This document shows, piece after piece, positions 54,478 to 64,000 of a DNA stretch of 64,000 nt. The notes beneath the pieces are model-generated. The model was not told where the DNA came from. It saw nothing but the letters and a program-made list of their open reading frames with translations, and made no database searches. The first letter of the stretch is position 1. The number at the start of each line of letters is the position of its first letter. Source of the DNA: an uncultured Sellimonas sp. (GTDB lineage: Bacteria; Bacillota; Clostridia; Lachnospirales; Lachnospiraceae); NCBI GenBank assembly GCA_904393575.1, contig CAJFMZ010000001.1:1010-65009 (forward strand), given 5' to 3'. Both the position numbers and the translations under genes were made by a program.

Positions 54478-56250
54478 TTATGCATTCTTCTCCAGTACAT
54501 TCTGATAGAATGTATCGATGTCCCGCTTATACTGGGCAAACATCTCCAGCCTGTCATTTGGTACATCATACTTGATGGCAATGACACGCTCAAAAATATT
54601 TTCCGATTTCAACACGGACATCGGATGGCCCATCGTCACAAGAGCCCGTGCCTGCTTGTACAGATATAAAATCGTGTCCATCATCAGGAACTGTTTTTCC
54701 ATGGATACGCAGGTATCGTCCTTATGAAAGGCGTTCTGCTGCAGGAATCCCAGGCGGATGACTCTTGCGATCTCAAGAATCAGTTTCTGGTCATCCGGCA
54801 GGACGTCGCTTCCAATCAGCTTGACGATCTCCAAAAGGCTGCTCTCCTGATTCAGAAGGGCCATCAGCCGGTTCCGGTAATCGACAAACTTCGGGGACAC
54901 ATTGTCCTGATACCAGTGCGACAGATCCTGCAGATACTCGCTGTAGCTGGACAGCCAGTGGATCGCCGGGAAATGTCTGGAGTAGGCAAGGCTCTTGTCC
55001 AGTCCCCAGAAGCACCGTACAAACCGCTTCGTATTCTGTGTGACCGGCTCAGAAAAATCGCCGCCCTGAGGGGATACTGCCCCAATGATGCTGACTGATC
55101 CTTTCGTACCGTTTAAATTCTGCATCATGCCGGCCCTCTCATAAAAGGCCGACAGCCTGGATGCCAGGTAGGCCGGGAACCCTTCTTCCGCAGGCATCTC
55201 CTCCAGACGTCCGGACAGCTCACGCAGGGCCTCCGCCCATCTGGATGTGGAATCCGCCATAATTGCCACATCATACCCCATATCCCGGTAATATTCCGCC
55301 AGGGTAAGACCCGTGTAGATACTGGCCTCACGGGCGGCCACCGGCATGTTGGATGTGTTTGCAATCAAGGTCGTCCGGTCCATCAACGGATTGCCCGTCC
55401 GCGGATCTGTCAGCTCTCCGAACTCTTCCAGCACCTGCGTCATCTCGTTTCCACGCTCTCCGCACCCGATATAGATAATGATATCTGCATCAGACCATTT
55501 GGCGATCTGATGCTGCATCATGGTTTTTCCGGTTCCAAATCCTCCCGGAATGGCGGCCGTTCCGCCTTTTGCGATGGGAAACATCGTATCGATAATCCGC
55601 TGTCCCGTCACAAGCGGAACCGAAGCTGCAAACCGCTGGCTCACCGGGCGCGGCGTCCGGATCGGCCACTTCTGGGCCATAGGAATCTCCACGGTCCCTC
55701 CTGTTCCGGTATCCAGAATCAGGAGCGGCTCTTCAATCGTATACTCTCCATCCTCTTTTACGGATACAACTGTTCCGTGAAGATCCGGCGGAATCATACA
55801 TTTATGGACAATCGCCCTCGTCTCAGGCACCTCCGCAAAGATATCTCCGCCGTTGACATAATCGCCCTTTTTCACTGTAAAATGGGTGTCCCACTTCTTC
55901 TGCCGGTCCAGGGAATCCACCGAAACTCCTCTGGTGATGAATGCACCGCCCTTCTCGGAAATCTTTTCCAGCGGACGCTCGATTCCATCAAAAATATTAT
56001 TCAGGATTCCAGGCGCAAGGGTTACGGATACGGCATTTCCTGAGGCAGTCACTTCCTCCCCCGGCCGCAGCCCCGATGTCTCCTCATACACCTGGATGGT
56101 AGTCCGGTCCTTATCCAGGGCAATGACCTCGCCGACCAGCTGATCCTTTCCTACATAGACCATCTCAGACATTCCGAACCCGGTGTTTCCTTTCAGATAG
56201 ATCACCGGTCCGTTAATGCCGTAGATCTTACCAGTCTTAAGCAACTCCAT
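54478..56250 (-). CDS. ntpA: V-type ATP synthase catalytic subunit A
   Basis: Walker A GGFGTGKT. About 590 aa. The start is uncertain: ATG 56250 (MELLKTGKIYGINGPV) is preferred over the track ATG 56277, and a TTG at 56244 is also possible. Confidence 0.9.
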   Translation of the reverse strand: MELLKTGKIYGINGPVIYLKGNTGFGMSEMVYVGKDQLVGEVIALDKDRTTIQVYEETSGLRPGEEVTASGNAVSVTLAPGILNNIFDGIERPLEKISEKGGAFITRGVSVDSLDRQKKWDTHFTVKKGDYVNGGDIFAEVPETRAIVHKCMIPPDLHGTVVSVKEDGEYTIEEPLLILDTGTGGTVEIPMAQKWPIRTPRPVSQRFAASVPLVTGQRIIDTMFPIAKGGTAAIPGGFGTGKTMMQHQIAKWSDADIIIYIGCGERGNEMTQVLEEFGELTDPRTGNPLMDRTTLIANTSNMPVAAREASIYTGLTLAEYYRDMGYDVAIMADSTSRWAEALRELSGRLEEMPAEEGFPAYLASRLSAFYERAGMMQNLNGTKGSVSIIGAVSPQGGDFSEPVTQNTKRFVRCFWGLDKSLAYSRHFPAIHWLSSYSEYLQDLSHWYQDNVSPKFVDYRNRLMALLNQESSLLEIVKLIGSDVLPDDQKLILEIARVIRLGFLQQNAFHKDDTCVSMEKQFLMMDTILYLYKQARALVTMGHPMSVLKSENIFERVIAIKYDVPNDRLEMFAQYKRDIDTFYQNVLEKNA

Positions 56251-56824
56251 CACCTCCCTGGAATACAAATTCGTCATACTCCGTTCTCAGAGCTGTCCGA
56301 AACGAATGATCGATCAGGACATTTCTTCCCCGGATCACCGCCCGGATTCCCCCGATAAAGTCTTCCCTGCTGATCGTAAGCATCGTACCGGATTTCAGCT
56401 CCAGCTCCTCTTTCATCTCCTGGTCTGAAGGATTTATATAGATGGTAAGTTCCTCTCCACCCGCAAATTCCACCGACTTCTCGATGCAGCGCAGAAGAAA
56501 CTCTTGATATTCCTCTGTTTTCATATAATGTTCCACCAGTTCCATGACTTCCTGGAACACCTTGTCCTTCAGCTCTTTCTGTACTCTGCCTTCCTGCCTT
56601 TTCAGGTCCAGCTGAGCCTTTGCCATGGCCTGGTTCTTCTGCTGCCTGGCATTGACCGTCTCCGCCTTGACCCTTGTTTCCACCTGGCGCAGCGCCTCCT
56701 GTTTATGATCCTCAAACACCTTGTCAAGAGCTGCCCGGTAGCTTTCTATAATCTCATTCCCTTCCGATCTGGCCGCCTCCATGGAGGAGGTCTGGATCCT
56801 GGCAATTTTCTCTTCTAAAGTCAA
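56237..56824 (-). CDS. V-type ATP synthase subunit E
   Basis: 195-aa charged helical N-terminus plus a globular C-terminus. Position in the operon fits. Confidence 0.8.
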   Translation of the reverse strand: MTLEEKIARIQTSSMEAARSEGNEIIESYRAALDKVFEDHKQEALRQVETRVKAETVNARQQKNQAMAKAQLDLKRQEGRVQKELKDKVFQEVMELVEHYMKTEEYQEFLLRCIEKSVEFAGGEELTIYINPSDQEMKEELELKSGTMLTISREDFIGGIRAVIRGRNVLIDHSFRTALRTEYDEFVFQGGDGVA

Positions 56825-56839
56825 AAGGAATCCCTCCTT

Positions 56840-57148
56840 TTATAATTTCAGTCCGATTGCTTCGGTAATATAAGATGTGATAAAGTCTTTCTTCCGTCCG
56901 GTTCCGTGTCTGTCAGGAATCTCCACCAGCAGAGGCATCTTCCGCTCCAGCCGGAATTCATCGATGATATCCGGAAATTCTTTTCCGAACTTCTCCGTCA
57001 ACAGTACAATCCCGACCGTCTTGTCTTTCAGCACGTTCTGAAGCGCCTCGTAGAGTTCTCCTCTTTCGTGGACCACAACGCCGTCCACGCCTGCAAGCCG
57101 CATTCCTGTATATGTATCGACATTATCACTGATCAGAAACATTTTCAT
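56840..57148 (-). CDS. V-type ATP synthase subunit F
   Basis: 102 aa: MKMFLISDNVDTYTGMRLAGVDGVVV, typical of subunit F. Confidence 0.85.
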   Translation of the reverse strand: MKMFLISDNVDTYTGMRLAGVDGVVVHERGELYEALQNVLKDKTVGIVLLTEKFGKEFPDIIDEFRLERKMPLLVEIPDRHGTGRKKDFITSYITEAIGLKL

Positions 57149-57149
57149 C

Positions 57150-57581
57150 TTATAACTGTCCCAGGATCATGAAGGAGATGATCAGCCCGTACAGACAGAC
57201 ACCTTCTGCAAGTCCTACGAAAATCAGCGATTTACCAAGGATACTGGAATCCTCGCTGATGGCCCCAAGCGCTGCGCTGGCAGCACTTGCTACGGCAATA
57301 CCGCCGCCGATACAGGATAAACCGGTAACCAGAGCGGCCGCGATATAGCCAAGTCCTGTTGCTGTGGAAGCAGACGCCGCTGCGTCCGCCGCCTGTACGC
57401 TCGGTCCTCCAAACATCATGATGGACGCCACAAGACAGGCTCCGAAAAAGAAAAATACGTTCACTCCAAGGGCACATTTATACCGCCCTTTATTTTTCTC
57501 CCCAATTAGATAATATCCGAACGGAAGAATAATACTTAAAATCAATGCTGCAATTAAAATCAGTCTGGCTGCAAGAGTCAT
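57150..57581 (-). CDS. ntpK: V-type ATP synthase subunit K (proteolipid)
   Basis: 143-aa, Gly/Ala-rich 4-TM protein with a conserved Glu in GLAEG. Confidence 0.85.
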   Translation of the reverse strand: MTLAARLILIAALILSIILPFGYYLIGEKNKGRYKCALGVNVFFFFGACLVASIMMFGGPSVQAADAAASASTATGLGYIAAALVTGLSCIGGGIAVASAASAALGAISEDSSILGKSLIFVGLAEGVCLYGLIISFMILGQL

Positions 57582-57595
57582 AATACGTTCCTCCT

Positions 57596-59536
57596 TTATC
57601 TTTCACTTTTTCTGTTCTTGTTATATGGCTCAAATTTTCGTCCGCTTCCTTTATAGAACCGGCTGAACATTTCATAGTATTCCAGACGAAGTACCTGGAT
57701 TCCGACTACCAGTCCTTCCATCAGGCAGACAAACAGGTTTCCGATCACAATGACGGCCCAGTTCGTATTGCCGCTCTCTACGCCGGCCAGCATCAGGACG
57801 ACTTCCATCATGGCCGCATGGCTGACTGCGAATGCCCCGATACGGACGAAGGACAGGGTATTTGAGAAATAGCTCAGAAGCATTTCGAACAATTCAAAGA
57901 ATCCTTCCACCAGGAACATCACCGGTCCTTCTGAGATCTTTTCCTTCTTTTTCTTGATCTTGTTGGTCAAAGGCTCTTTAAACAGGATCAGAAGCAGCGG
58001 AACCCCGAACATTACCAGCATGACGATTCCTGCCGGTGTTCTGTGTCCGGTCATAAACAGTACGATGACCGCCACAATGGATCCGTAAAATACAAGTCCT
58101 GCCACTCCGTTTGGATCGAACCACGTGCCTTGGGTATCGTGAGCCCGTATGGCATTTACAATGTGGAGTACCATCGCCAGCAGAATCAGCCCCATTCCAA
58201 AGGCAATCGATACGATAAATACGGTATTGAGCTTTCCGACAAACGGAAGCGTCGTCATATGGTCGATCGGTCTCAGCCACAATGGCTTTATGACATCCTC
58301 AAATCCGAAAACGCTTCCAAACATCAATCCAAAGATCGTCGAGAACACGCCGGCCGTGGCGATAATTCCCGCCAGCGGCAGCTTTTTAAAGTGATAGATC
58401 AGTGCTCCCACAATCACAAGCAGAAGCCCCTGCCCCACATCTCCAAACATCACTCCAAAAATAAAGGAGTAGGTGATGCCGACAAACAGTGTCGGATCCA
58501 TCTCATTGTGAGCCGGAAGTCCGTACATCCCTACAAACATCTCAAAAGGCTTCAGAAGCTTTGGGTTCTCCAGCTTGGTCGGAGGCTCTCCAAAGTAATT
58601 GTCATGGTCGTCCTCCACAACGACAAAGACTTTATCGTCATTCTCCGCTTCCGCCATAAACTTCTTTACATCGTCCTCGGCCATCCAGCCGCAGAGAATA
58701 TAATAATCTTCTTTTTTATCTTCCACTCTGGCCGCCATCTTCCTGACGTCAAAGTTGTGGGCCAGCTCCTCCAGGCGCTGCTTCGCCCACACAAGCTGCG
58801 GCGCCTTGTCTTCCAGCATTTTTGCCGTCTCTTTATCGATTTCATCGATTTTCTGCTGGATATCGTACATTTCCCGAAGCAGCTTCTGGCTGGCCTCCTC
58901 CGGCGATCCTTCATACTCCGCCGGAATCTCGATCCGCTCAAAGTGCAGAGAACGGAAAACCGCGTCTGTCTTCTGCATGTCCGCCGGTGCCGCAAAGTAC
59001 GCTCCATAGACCGCCTGATCATCCTGCACGCCCTTAACAAAGACTGCATTGAGATCACTCAAAAGATATTTCTCCAGCTTCTGATACTGTTCCAGGGGCA
59101 TCTTCCCGAACCGGTAAGAGATGTATTTATAATGCAGAACCTTCCCCAGATCTCCGCCAAGGGGCCGGAAAGGCTCGATGACTTTCTGCTTTGCCGCGAT
59201 CTCTTCCTTTTTCTTTTTCCACTTGTCCTGCTGCGTCTGCAGCTTTAAGTATTCCTCGTTGGTCGTCCGGATCAGCTCGAAGATATCGTTAAGCCCCATC
59301 TTCGTATCCGGTTCGACCCCGTCCGGATCTTCCAGAAATCCGGTAAACTGCACTGCTTTTAAAAGTGCGTCCCTGTATGGATTCATCTCCACAAAGGGCC
59401 GTAAATTGTCCACTGTCTTCAGTTCCGACAGTGCAGATTCCAGTTGGATCTCATACCTTGACAGATACAGATCCATCACACGGTCAATATCACTGCGGGG
59501 TCCTGAGATATTGACAAATTTCATTTTTACAATCAT
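57596..59536 (-). CDS. ntpI: V-type ATP synthase subunit I
   Basis: About 646 aa: cytoplasmic N-terminal half plus a polytopic C-terminal half. Start was moved to MIVKMKF (ATG 59536), which overlaps the subunit C stop (ATGA). Confidence 0.9.
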   Translation of the reverse strand: MIVKMKFVNISGPRSDIDRVMDLYLSRYEIQLESALSELKTVDNLRPFVEMNPYRDALLKAVQFTGFLEDPDGVEPDTKMGLNDIFELIRTTNEEYLKLQTQQDKWKKKKEEIAAKQKVIEPFRPLGGDLGKVLHYKYISYRFGKMPLEQYQKLEKYLLSDLNAVFVKGVQDDQAVYGAYFAAPADMQKTDAVFRSLHFERIEIPAEYEGSPEEASQKLLREMYDIQQKIDEIDKETAKMLEDKAPQLVWAKQRLEELAHNFDVRKMAARVEDKKEDYYILCGWMAEDDVKKFMAEAENDDKVFVVVEDDHDNYFGEPPTKLENPKLLKPFEMFVGMYGLPAHNEMDPTLFVGITYSFIFGVMFGDVGQGLLLVIVGALIYHFKKLPLAGIIATAGVFSTIFGLMFGSVFGFEDVIKPLWLRPIDHMTTLPFVGKLNTVFIVSIAFGMGLILLAMVLHIVNAIRAHDTQGTWFDPNGVAGLVFYGSIVAVIVLFMTGHRTPAGIVMLVMFGVPLLLILFKEPLTNKIKKKKEKISEGPVMFLVEGFFELFEMLLSYFSNTLSFVRIGAFAVSHAAMMEVVLMLAGVESGNTNWAVIVIGNLFVCLMEGLVVGIQVLRLEYYEMFSRFYKGSGRKFEPYNKNRKSER

Positions 59537-60579
59537 GTCTTCTGCCCTCCTGTATACTCCATGATCTCGTCCGGCGATACACCATAGCGTACACATTCCA
59601 TCACGGTCGTCAGTTTTTTGATCTCTTCCTCTTTTAGAAAGAGATAAGTATTAATCGATGCGATAGAGTACGGATTTCTCCTCCGGTCTGTCGTGTAAAG
59701 ATAGTACAGATAGTCCGTATACATCTTTTCCACTGTCAGGTTCTGTCCGAAATCGTAATGTCTGGCATAGGAAGTCTTCTCCACTGCCTTCTGAAAGGTC
59801 TCCAGATCCGGGGCTTCCACCATCTCTTTCATCAGCTCGGTACGCATTTTGTACTGGACCGGAATCAAAAGCGCATAAATATCCGGTGGTGAAAGGCTGA
59901 AGTACTTCTTCGCCCTGTAGATCCACTGAATGTTCAGCATATTGATTTGGGTCCCGTAATCCCGTTCAAACAGCTCCAGCTCCTTATCCTTCAGAATTTT
60001 TTTGTGTCCCTTCCACATGGAAGTAAAATAGTAAAGATTCAATGCCAGGTCATAGTCAAACAGCGTTGCCTTGCCTCCGTCCCGAAGCTTCTTTAACGTC
60101 CCGTAGTATTCCGTCCCTTTCAGATTTTCAATCAACTCATCTGTTGTCCTTGCATGGATCAGCTTATCGACGGAAATCTGGGAATACCGGTCGAAAAACG
60201 CCTTCTTATGGTTCAGATCAAAGGGCTCCTGGTAATGATTGATCACGATCCTGAGACAGTAGTTGATCAGCTCCACCTCGTGCCGCTTCAGATACAGCCG
60301 CAGGATTTTTCTCTGATCCAGAGTGCAGAACCGGTAGATCTTCGTATAATCCCCGTACAGAGACAAAATGAGAAGCTTCTCGATATTGCCTCTGTGTACA
60401 AGGGACGGATCCAGATTCTCCAGAATCTCCCTGTAAACGGTATTCTGTATCAGATAGGTGACGACCTCCGGTACGCTTCCCATCCCCATGATCTCGTCAA
60501 ACTGCTCCTTTGTAAGAAGCTTTGCCTCCATTGCCCGGACCTTTGTGACAATGCCGCTGTAGGCAAGTAAATTTCCCAT
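59533..60579 (-). CDS. ntpC: V-type ATP synthase subunit C (d-type)
   Basis: 348-aa helical protein. Position and size match bacterial NtpC. Confidence 0.8.
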   Translation of the reverse strand: MGNLLAYSGIVTKVRAMEAKLLTKEQFDEIMGMGSVPEVVTYLIQNTVYREILENLDPSLVHRGNIEKLLILSLYGDYTKIYRFCTLDQRKILRLYLKRHEVELINYCLRIVINHYQEPFDLNHKKAFFDRYSQISVDKLIHARTTDELIENLKGTEYYGTLKKLRDGGKATLFDYDLALNLYYFTSMWKGHKKILKDKELELFERDYGTQINMLNIQWIYRAKKYFSLSPPDIYALLIPVQYKMRTELMKEMVEAPDLETFQKAVEKTSYARHYDFGQNLTVEKMYTDYLYYLYTTDRRRNPYSIASINTYLFLKEEEIKKLTTVMECVRYGVSPDEIMEYTGGQKT

Positions 60580-60582
60580 ACG

Positions 60583-60894
60583 CTACACCTCTGTGATCCG
60601 TTTTAAAATATCCTCGGCATACATCGTATGCTTTTCTTCATACTCCTTCTGCAGGGATTCGATGAGCGCCCGGCTTGTTTCTTCCTGTCCTGTCAGAAGA
60701 GTCTTTTTGTCCGATTCCAGTCCATCCTGGATCCTGGCAATCCGGGCCAGTGTCTTTTCTTCCAGCTCTTCATCAAAGACACGCCTACGCTCTTCGTACT
60801 CTCTGTCGAGTTTCTCTTTCTCTTCCTCTGCATGTGCTACAATGGCCGATGCAGTCTGCTCAATTTCCGTCAATTTGTTGATTACAGAGTCCAT
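60583..60894 (-). CDS. Small coiled-coil V-ATPase stalk subunit (G/H-like)
   Basis: 103-aa charged helical protein. First gene of the operon. Start was moved to MDSVINKL (60894, AAGGGGG RBS). Confidence 0.6.
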   Translation of the reverse strand: MDSVINKLTEIEQTASAIVAHAEEEKEKLDREYEERRRVFDEELEEKTLARIARIQDGLESDKKTLLTGQEETSRALIESLQKEYEEKHTMYAEDILKRITEV

Positions 60895-61037
60895 AGAAAG
60901 CCCCCTTTTTGTATAAATTGCAATTATTCTATTATCATACAACTTTTAAAAGAAAATGCAATGGGTATTTGAAAAGTTTAACATTTGAATGCAATTTTGC
61001 TCATATAATAAGGTAAATTGTATATGGAGTCTGAATT

Positions 61038-62825
61038 ATGCGGATTTTTTCTACAATTTTTCCGTTATTTCGCAAAAGAAAGCACCGTATCCTTTTCGCC
61101 GTAGCAGTCGTGCTGACTGTACTGATTCTTCTGATCTATTCCATCCTTCCACCCTCGGCAGATCCGGACGCCTTCTTTTCCAGAGCACTTACATCCAGCA
61201 GTACAGATGAACAGTTCGCATCTTTTCTTCATACCCTGTTCTGCCGGGAGGTGTCCGGAGATTCCATCAGTCTGCACTTTTCCCTGCAGGATCCGGAGGC
61301 CTACGGCATTCTGGATGCTCCAGTGACGTTCGGCACCTTCGTGTCCTCTCCCGATGTCGCCGGGGCCTCCCTGGAAAATACGCTGGCTGCCCTGAAGCGG
61401 TTCTCCCCCAAAAAGCTCTCCGACAACCATCAGCTCACCTGGCATGTCCTGGAGTCCTACCTGCAGACCGCCCTGGACTGTTCGGAGTATCTGCTCTACG
61501 AGGAGCCCTTAAGTCCGCTCACCGGAATCCAGTCACAGCTTCCGGTCCTTTTGTCCGAATTCTCCTTTGATACGTCGGAAGACATTGATACTTATCTTTC
61601 TCTCCTTTCCACTATGCCGGAGTACTTCCAGTCCCTGCTGGACTTTGAGCAGGCAAAATCAGAGGCCGGACTGTTCATGTCCGAAGAGGGGACGGATGCC
61701 GTGATTGAGGAATGCCAAGACTTTATCTCCATGGGAGAAGACCACTATCTTCTCTCCTCCTTTGAAGAACGGGTGGAAGGGATGGATACGCTCTCTGAGA
61801 GCGAACGGCTTCTCTACACCGAAAAAAATAAAGATCTGCTGACCGCCCAGGTCTTTCCTGCCTACCAGCTTCTGATCGACGGGCTCACCGGGCTTAAGGG
61901 AACCGGAACTTCCAATGAGGGACTGTGCAGCCTGCCGGACGGCAGACAATGCTATGAGGCCTTTCTCCGGCGGGAGATCGGCACAGAACGGTCGGTCAGG
62001 GAGCTGGAAACGCTTGCAGCCTCCCAGATTCTTTCCGACATGAAAGAAATGAAAGCGGCTCTCCCGGCTTCCGGCACCCTTCAGGATGTCGTCCTCCAGG
62101 AATCCTCTCCGGAATCTATTTTGCTGGATCTCCGGCAGAAGATGGAGACCTCTTTTCCGGATATTCCCAACGTATCGTTTACCGTCAAGCAGGTTCCAAA
62201 GTCCACCCAGGAATACTTAAGTCCGGCCTTTTACCTGATCCCGCCTCTTGACAACAGCACAGAAAATACTATCTACATCAATCCGAAGCATGAGATGACC
62301 GGATTAAATCTTTTCACCACACTGGCCCACGAAGGCTATCCCGGCCACCTCTATCAGACGACCTACTTCCTGTCCCGGAATCCGGACCCAATCCGCACCG
62401 TTTTGAATTTTGGCGGTTATGTGGAAGGCTGGGCTACCTATGCAGAGATGATGTCCTATTACCTGGCCCCCATCTCCAAAGAGGAGGCCATGATCCAGCA
62501 GAAAAATGCCTCCATCATCCTTGGGCTCTATGCCCTGGCGGATATAGGAATCCACGACAAAGGCTGGTCCGAAGAAGATACCCTGGAATTTTTCTCCCGG
62601 TACGGTATCGGAGATTCCGAGAGTATATCGGAAATCTATCAGCTGATCCTGGGTGATCCGGGCAACTATGCAAAATACTATTTTGGTTATCTGGAATTTC
62701 TGGAGTTAAAAAAAGAGGCCATGGCACAGTGGGGAGAAGATTTCTCCCAGAAACGGTTTCACAAATTTGTGCTGGATATCGGGCCAGCTCCATTTGACCT
62801 GATTCACGAAAAGCTTACATCCTGA
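61038..62825 (+). CDS. DUF885-family protein (metallopeptidase-like), membrane-anchored
   Basis: N-terminal TM segment (ILFAVAVVLTVLILLIYSIL) and an HExxH-like motif, LAHEGYPGHLYQ. 595 aa. Confidence 0.7.
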   Translation: MRIFSTIFPLFRKRKHRILFAVAVVLTVLILLIYSILPPSADPDAFFSRALTSSSTDEQFASFLHTLFCREVSGDSISLHFSLQDPEAYGILDAPVTFGTFVSSPDVAGASLENTLAALKRFSPKKLSDNHQLTWHVLESYLQTALDCSEYLLYEEPLSPLTGIQSQLPVLLSEFSFDTSEDIDTYLSLLSTMPEYFQSLLDFEQAKSEAGLFMSEEGTDAVIEECQDFISMGEDHYLLSSFEERVEGMDTLSESERLLYTEKNKDLLTAQVFPAYQLLIDGLTGLKGTGTSNEGLCSLPDGRQCYEAFLRREIGTERSVRELETLAASQILSDMKEMKAALPASGTLQDVVLQESSPESILLDLRQKMETSFPDIPNVSFTVKQVPKSTQEYLSPAFYLIPPLDNSTENTIYINPKHEMTGLNLFTTLAHEGYPGHLYQTTYFLSRNPDPIRTVLNFGGYVEGWATYAEMMSYYLAPISKEEAMIQQKNASIILGLYALADIGIHDKGWSEEDTLEFFSRYGIGDSESISEIYQLILGDPGNYAKYYFGYLEFLELKKEAMAQWGEDFSQKRFHKFVLDIGPAPFDLIHEKLTS

Positions 62826-62835
62826 TAAAAAAAGC

Positions 62836-62882
62836 TCCCCCGCAGGCGGCCGGATGTCTGACATCCCGCTTCCCGTGGGGGA
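62836..62882. terminator. Bidirectional terminator with a nested hairpin
   Basis: tccccc (62836-41) pairs with ggggga (62877-82). Inner hairpin ggatgtc-t-gacatcc lies at 62852-66. Between convergent genes. Confidence 0.5.
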
Positions 62883-62896
62883 ACTCTGTACTATTC

Positions 62897-63058
62897 TTAT
62901 TCTTCTGGTACGAATACTTCTTTTCCCATTCCGCAAACCGGGCAAACCCAGTCTTCCGGAAGATCTTCAAATGCTGTTCCCGGTGCGATTCCGTTATCCG
63001 GATCACCAACTTCCGGGTCATATACATATCCGCATGGTTCACAAACATATTTCTGCAT
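62897..63058 (-). CDS. rd: Rubredoxin
   Basis: 53 aa: [15 protein letters not shown]...DWVCPVCG (two CxxCG knuckles). AAGGAG RBS. The track ORF has a 9-aa extension. Confidence 0.95.
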   Translation of the reverse strand: MQKYVCEPCGYVYDPEVGDPDNGIAPGTAFEDLPEDWVCPVCGMGKEVFVPEE

Positions 63059-63173
63059 TTTGTATTCTCCTTTCTTCCTATGCAAATAGTAAGAATTACT
63101 ATTTTTATTTATGGATAGTATAATCCATATTGTCTTGAAAATCTATCCCTAAATGCATTTTTTAATAAATTAT

Positions 63174-63698
63174 TTACATTTTCCCTGCAAGCCATACACT
63201 GGCCGCCAGTCCTGCCGCCGTTGCCAGAAGCGCTCCGGCCAGCGTATATCTGGTTTTTTTAACCTTTGCTGTCATAAAATAGACAGACATCGTATAAAAA
63301 ATCGTCTCCGTACAGGCCATGGAGATCGAGGCAATCCGCCCTATGTAGGAATCCGTCCCGTATTCCTTGTAAAGATCCGTCAGAAGGCCGGTTGCCGCCG
63401 AGGAGGAAAACATCTTGACTACCGAAAGAGGTACCAGCTCCCCAGGAAAACCGATCTTCTCCGTCCACTGCCCCAGAATCCCGGAAAGGAATTCCAGAAA
63501 TCCGGAGGACCGCAGCACTCCCACCGCAACCATCAGTCCCACCAGTGTCGGCATGATCTTCAGTACCGTAACAAATCCGTCCTTCGCCCCTTTGATAAAG
63601 GTTTCATAGACCTGTACCCGCTCCAGTATCCCGGTCACCACGATCACAAAAATCAAAAAAGGGACGATGTACTGAGACAGAAATAACACAAACCCCAT
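63174..63698 (-). CDS. spmB: Spore maturation protein B / nucleoside-recognition-domain membrane protein
   Basis: 174 aa, collinear with remembered B. subtilis SpmB (GAKDGF...IMPTLVGLMVAVGVLRSSG...YGTDSYIGRIAS). Confidence 0.75.
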   Translation of the reverse strand: MGFVLFLSQYIVPFLIFVIVVTGILERVQVYETFIKGAKDGFVTVLKIMPTLVGLMVAVGVLRSSGFLEFLSGILGQWTEKIGFPGELVPLSVVKMFSSSAATGLLTDLYKEYGTDSYIGRIASISMACTETIFYTMSVYFMTAKVKKTRYTLAGALLATAAGLAASVWLAGKM

Positions 63699-63757
63699 TT
63701 TCTGTGCTCCTTCGCATATCGTCCCTTTATTATACGCAGTCCGCCAGGTTTTATGAG

Positions 63758-64000
63758 TCAGGCCGACGGATTCTGATCAAGGCTTTTCATAATTTTGAAA
63801 TACATAATCAAGAGCAGGCCTCCCGCAAGAATCCATGCCATCGGACTTGCCAGACAGGTCCCCACATAGCTTTTCTGCCGGGCAGCAATGACTGCCACAA
63901 CACCCCTGCCCACAAGCTCGGCGATCCCCGCTGTCATTGGAAGCAGACCGTATCCCATCCCCTGGATGCCGTTCCGGTACAGATTGACCACCGTAAGCGG
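63758..64000 (-). CDS. MATE-family efflux transporter, 3' end only (gene continues beyond the window)
   Basis: The C-terminal TM segments ...GIQGMGYGLLPMTAGIAELVGRGVV... are typical of MATE. The frame is open to the window edge. Confidence 0.65.
   Translation of the reverse strand, partial: PLTVVNLYRNGIQGMGYGLLPMTAGIAELVGRGVVAVIAARQKSYVGTCLASPMAWILAGGLLLIMYFKIMKSLDQNPSA

Noticed and set aside
58043-59248. 401-aa plus-strand ORF, and similar long ORFs at 8356-9603, 814-1599, 2899-3807, 34657-35682 and 50148-51263
   Set aside because: All lie antisense to genes with strong family signatures (V-ATPase subunit I, aminotransferase, amidohydrolases, lipoprotein, metG) and lack RBSs.

Overview
64-kb chromosomal window from a moderately GC-rich Firmicute. 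The gene content (SpmB, V-type ATPase, DegV, T-box metG, SorC/KdgT, many sugar genes) suggests a gut Clostridia/Lachnospiraceae-type genome, but this is inference only. About 50 of 57 genes are on the minus strand. I saw no rRNA, tRNA, CRISPR array, transposase, integrase or phage genes.

Content in order:
1. 235-9609: ureide/allantoin-type nitrogen-catabolic cluster. It has two paralogous allantoinase-like amidohydrolases flanking an NCS1 permease, a DUF2877-like gene, a DAACS symporter, and class-V and class-III aminotransferases.
2. 9771-12833: GH2 beta-galactosidase.
3. 13103-21716: acid-sugar catabolic cluster. It has two RpiB-like isomerases, a histidine phosphatase, a TIM-like isomerase, a PdxA-family dehydrogenase, a DUF1537 four-carbon acid-sugar kinase, a KdgT permease, a SorC regulator and a form-IV RuBisCO-like protein.
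4. 21805-26758: GH20-like hexosaminidase plus a three-gene sugar ABC importer.
5. 26954-32680: housekeeping genes (methyltransferase, alpha/beta hydrolase, citrate synthase, AIM24-like, rsmA, tatD).
6. 33104-38112: operon of exported thiol-redox proteins linked to a frameshifted TcyP-like cystine symporter.
7. 38363-41572: visibly AT-rich island with two fused ABC exporter genes.
8. 41807-44058: AAA-ATPase/PD-(D/E)XK gene coupled to a lipoprotein gene.
9. 44231-49155: peptidases, MFS transporter and LysR regulator.
10. 49227-60894: metG with a T-box leader, DegV, and a nine-gene V-type ATPase operon.
11. 61038-64000: DUF885, rubredoxin, spmB, and the 3' end of a MATE gene.

Most interesting observations:
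- The redox operon contains an unlisted 45-aa CxxC micro-ORF whose start and stop codons overlap its neighbours, next to a NapH-like polyferredoxin.
- An 11-nt poly-G/C tract sits exactly between a consensus -35 box and a -10 box of the sugar ABC operon.
- An exact 18-nt direct repeat brackets the whole RuBisCO-like-protein cluster, which splits an otherwise coherent galactosidase/hexosaminidase/ABC locus.
- The AT-rich ABC island has no mobility genes.
- Two near-identical hairpin elements bracket the AAA-ATPase module.

All functional calls come from reading the translated ORFs against remembered family motifs. No database search was run.
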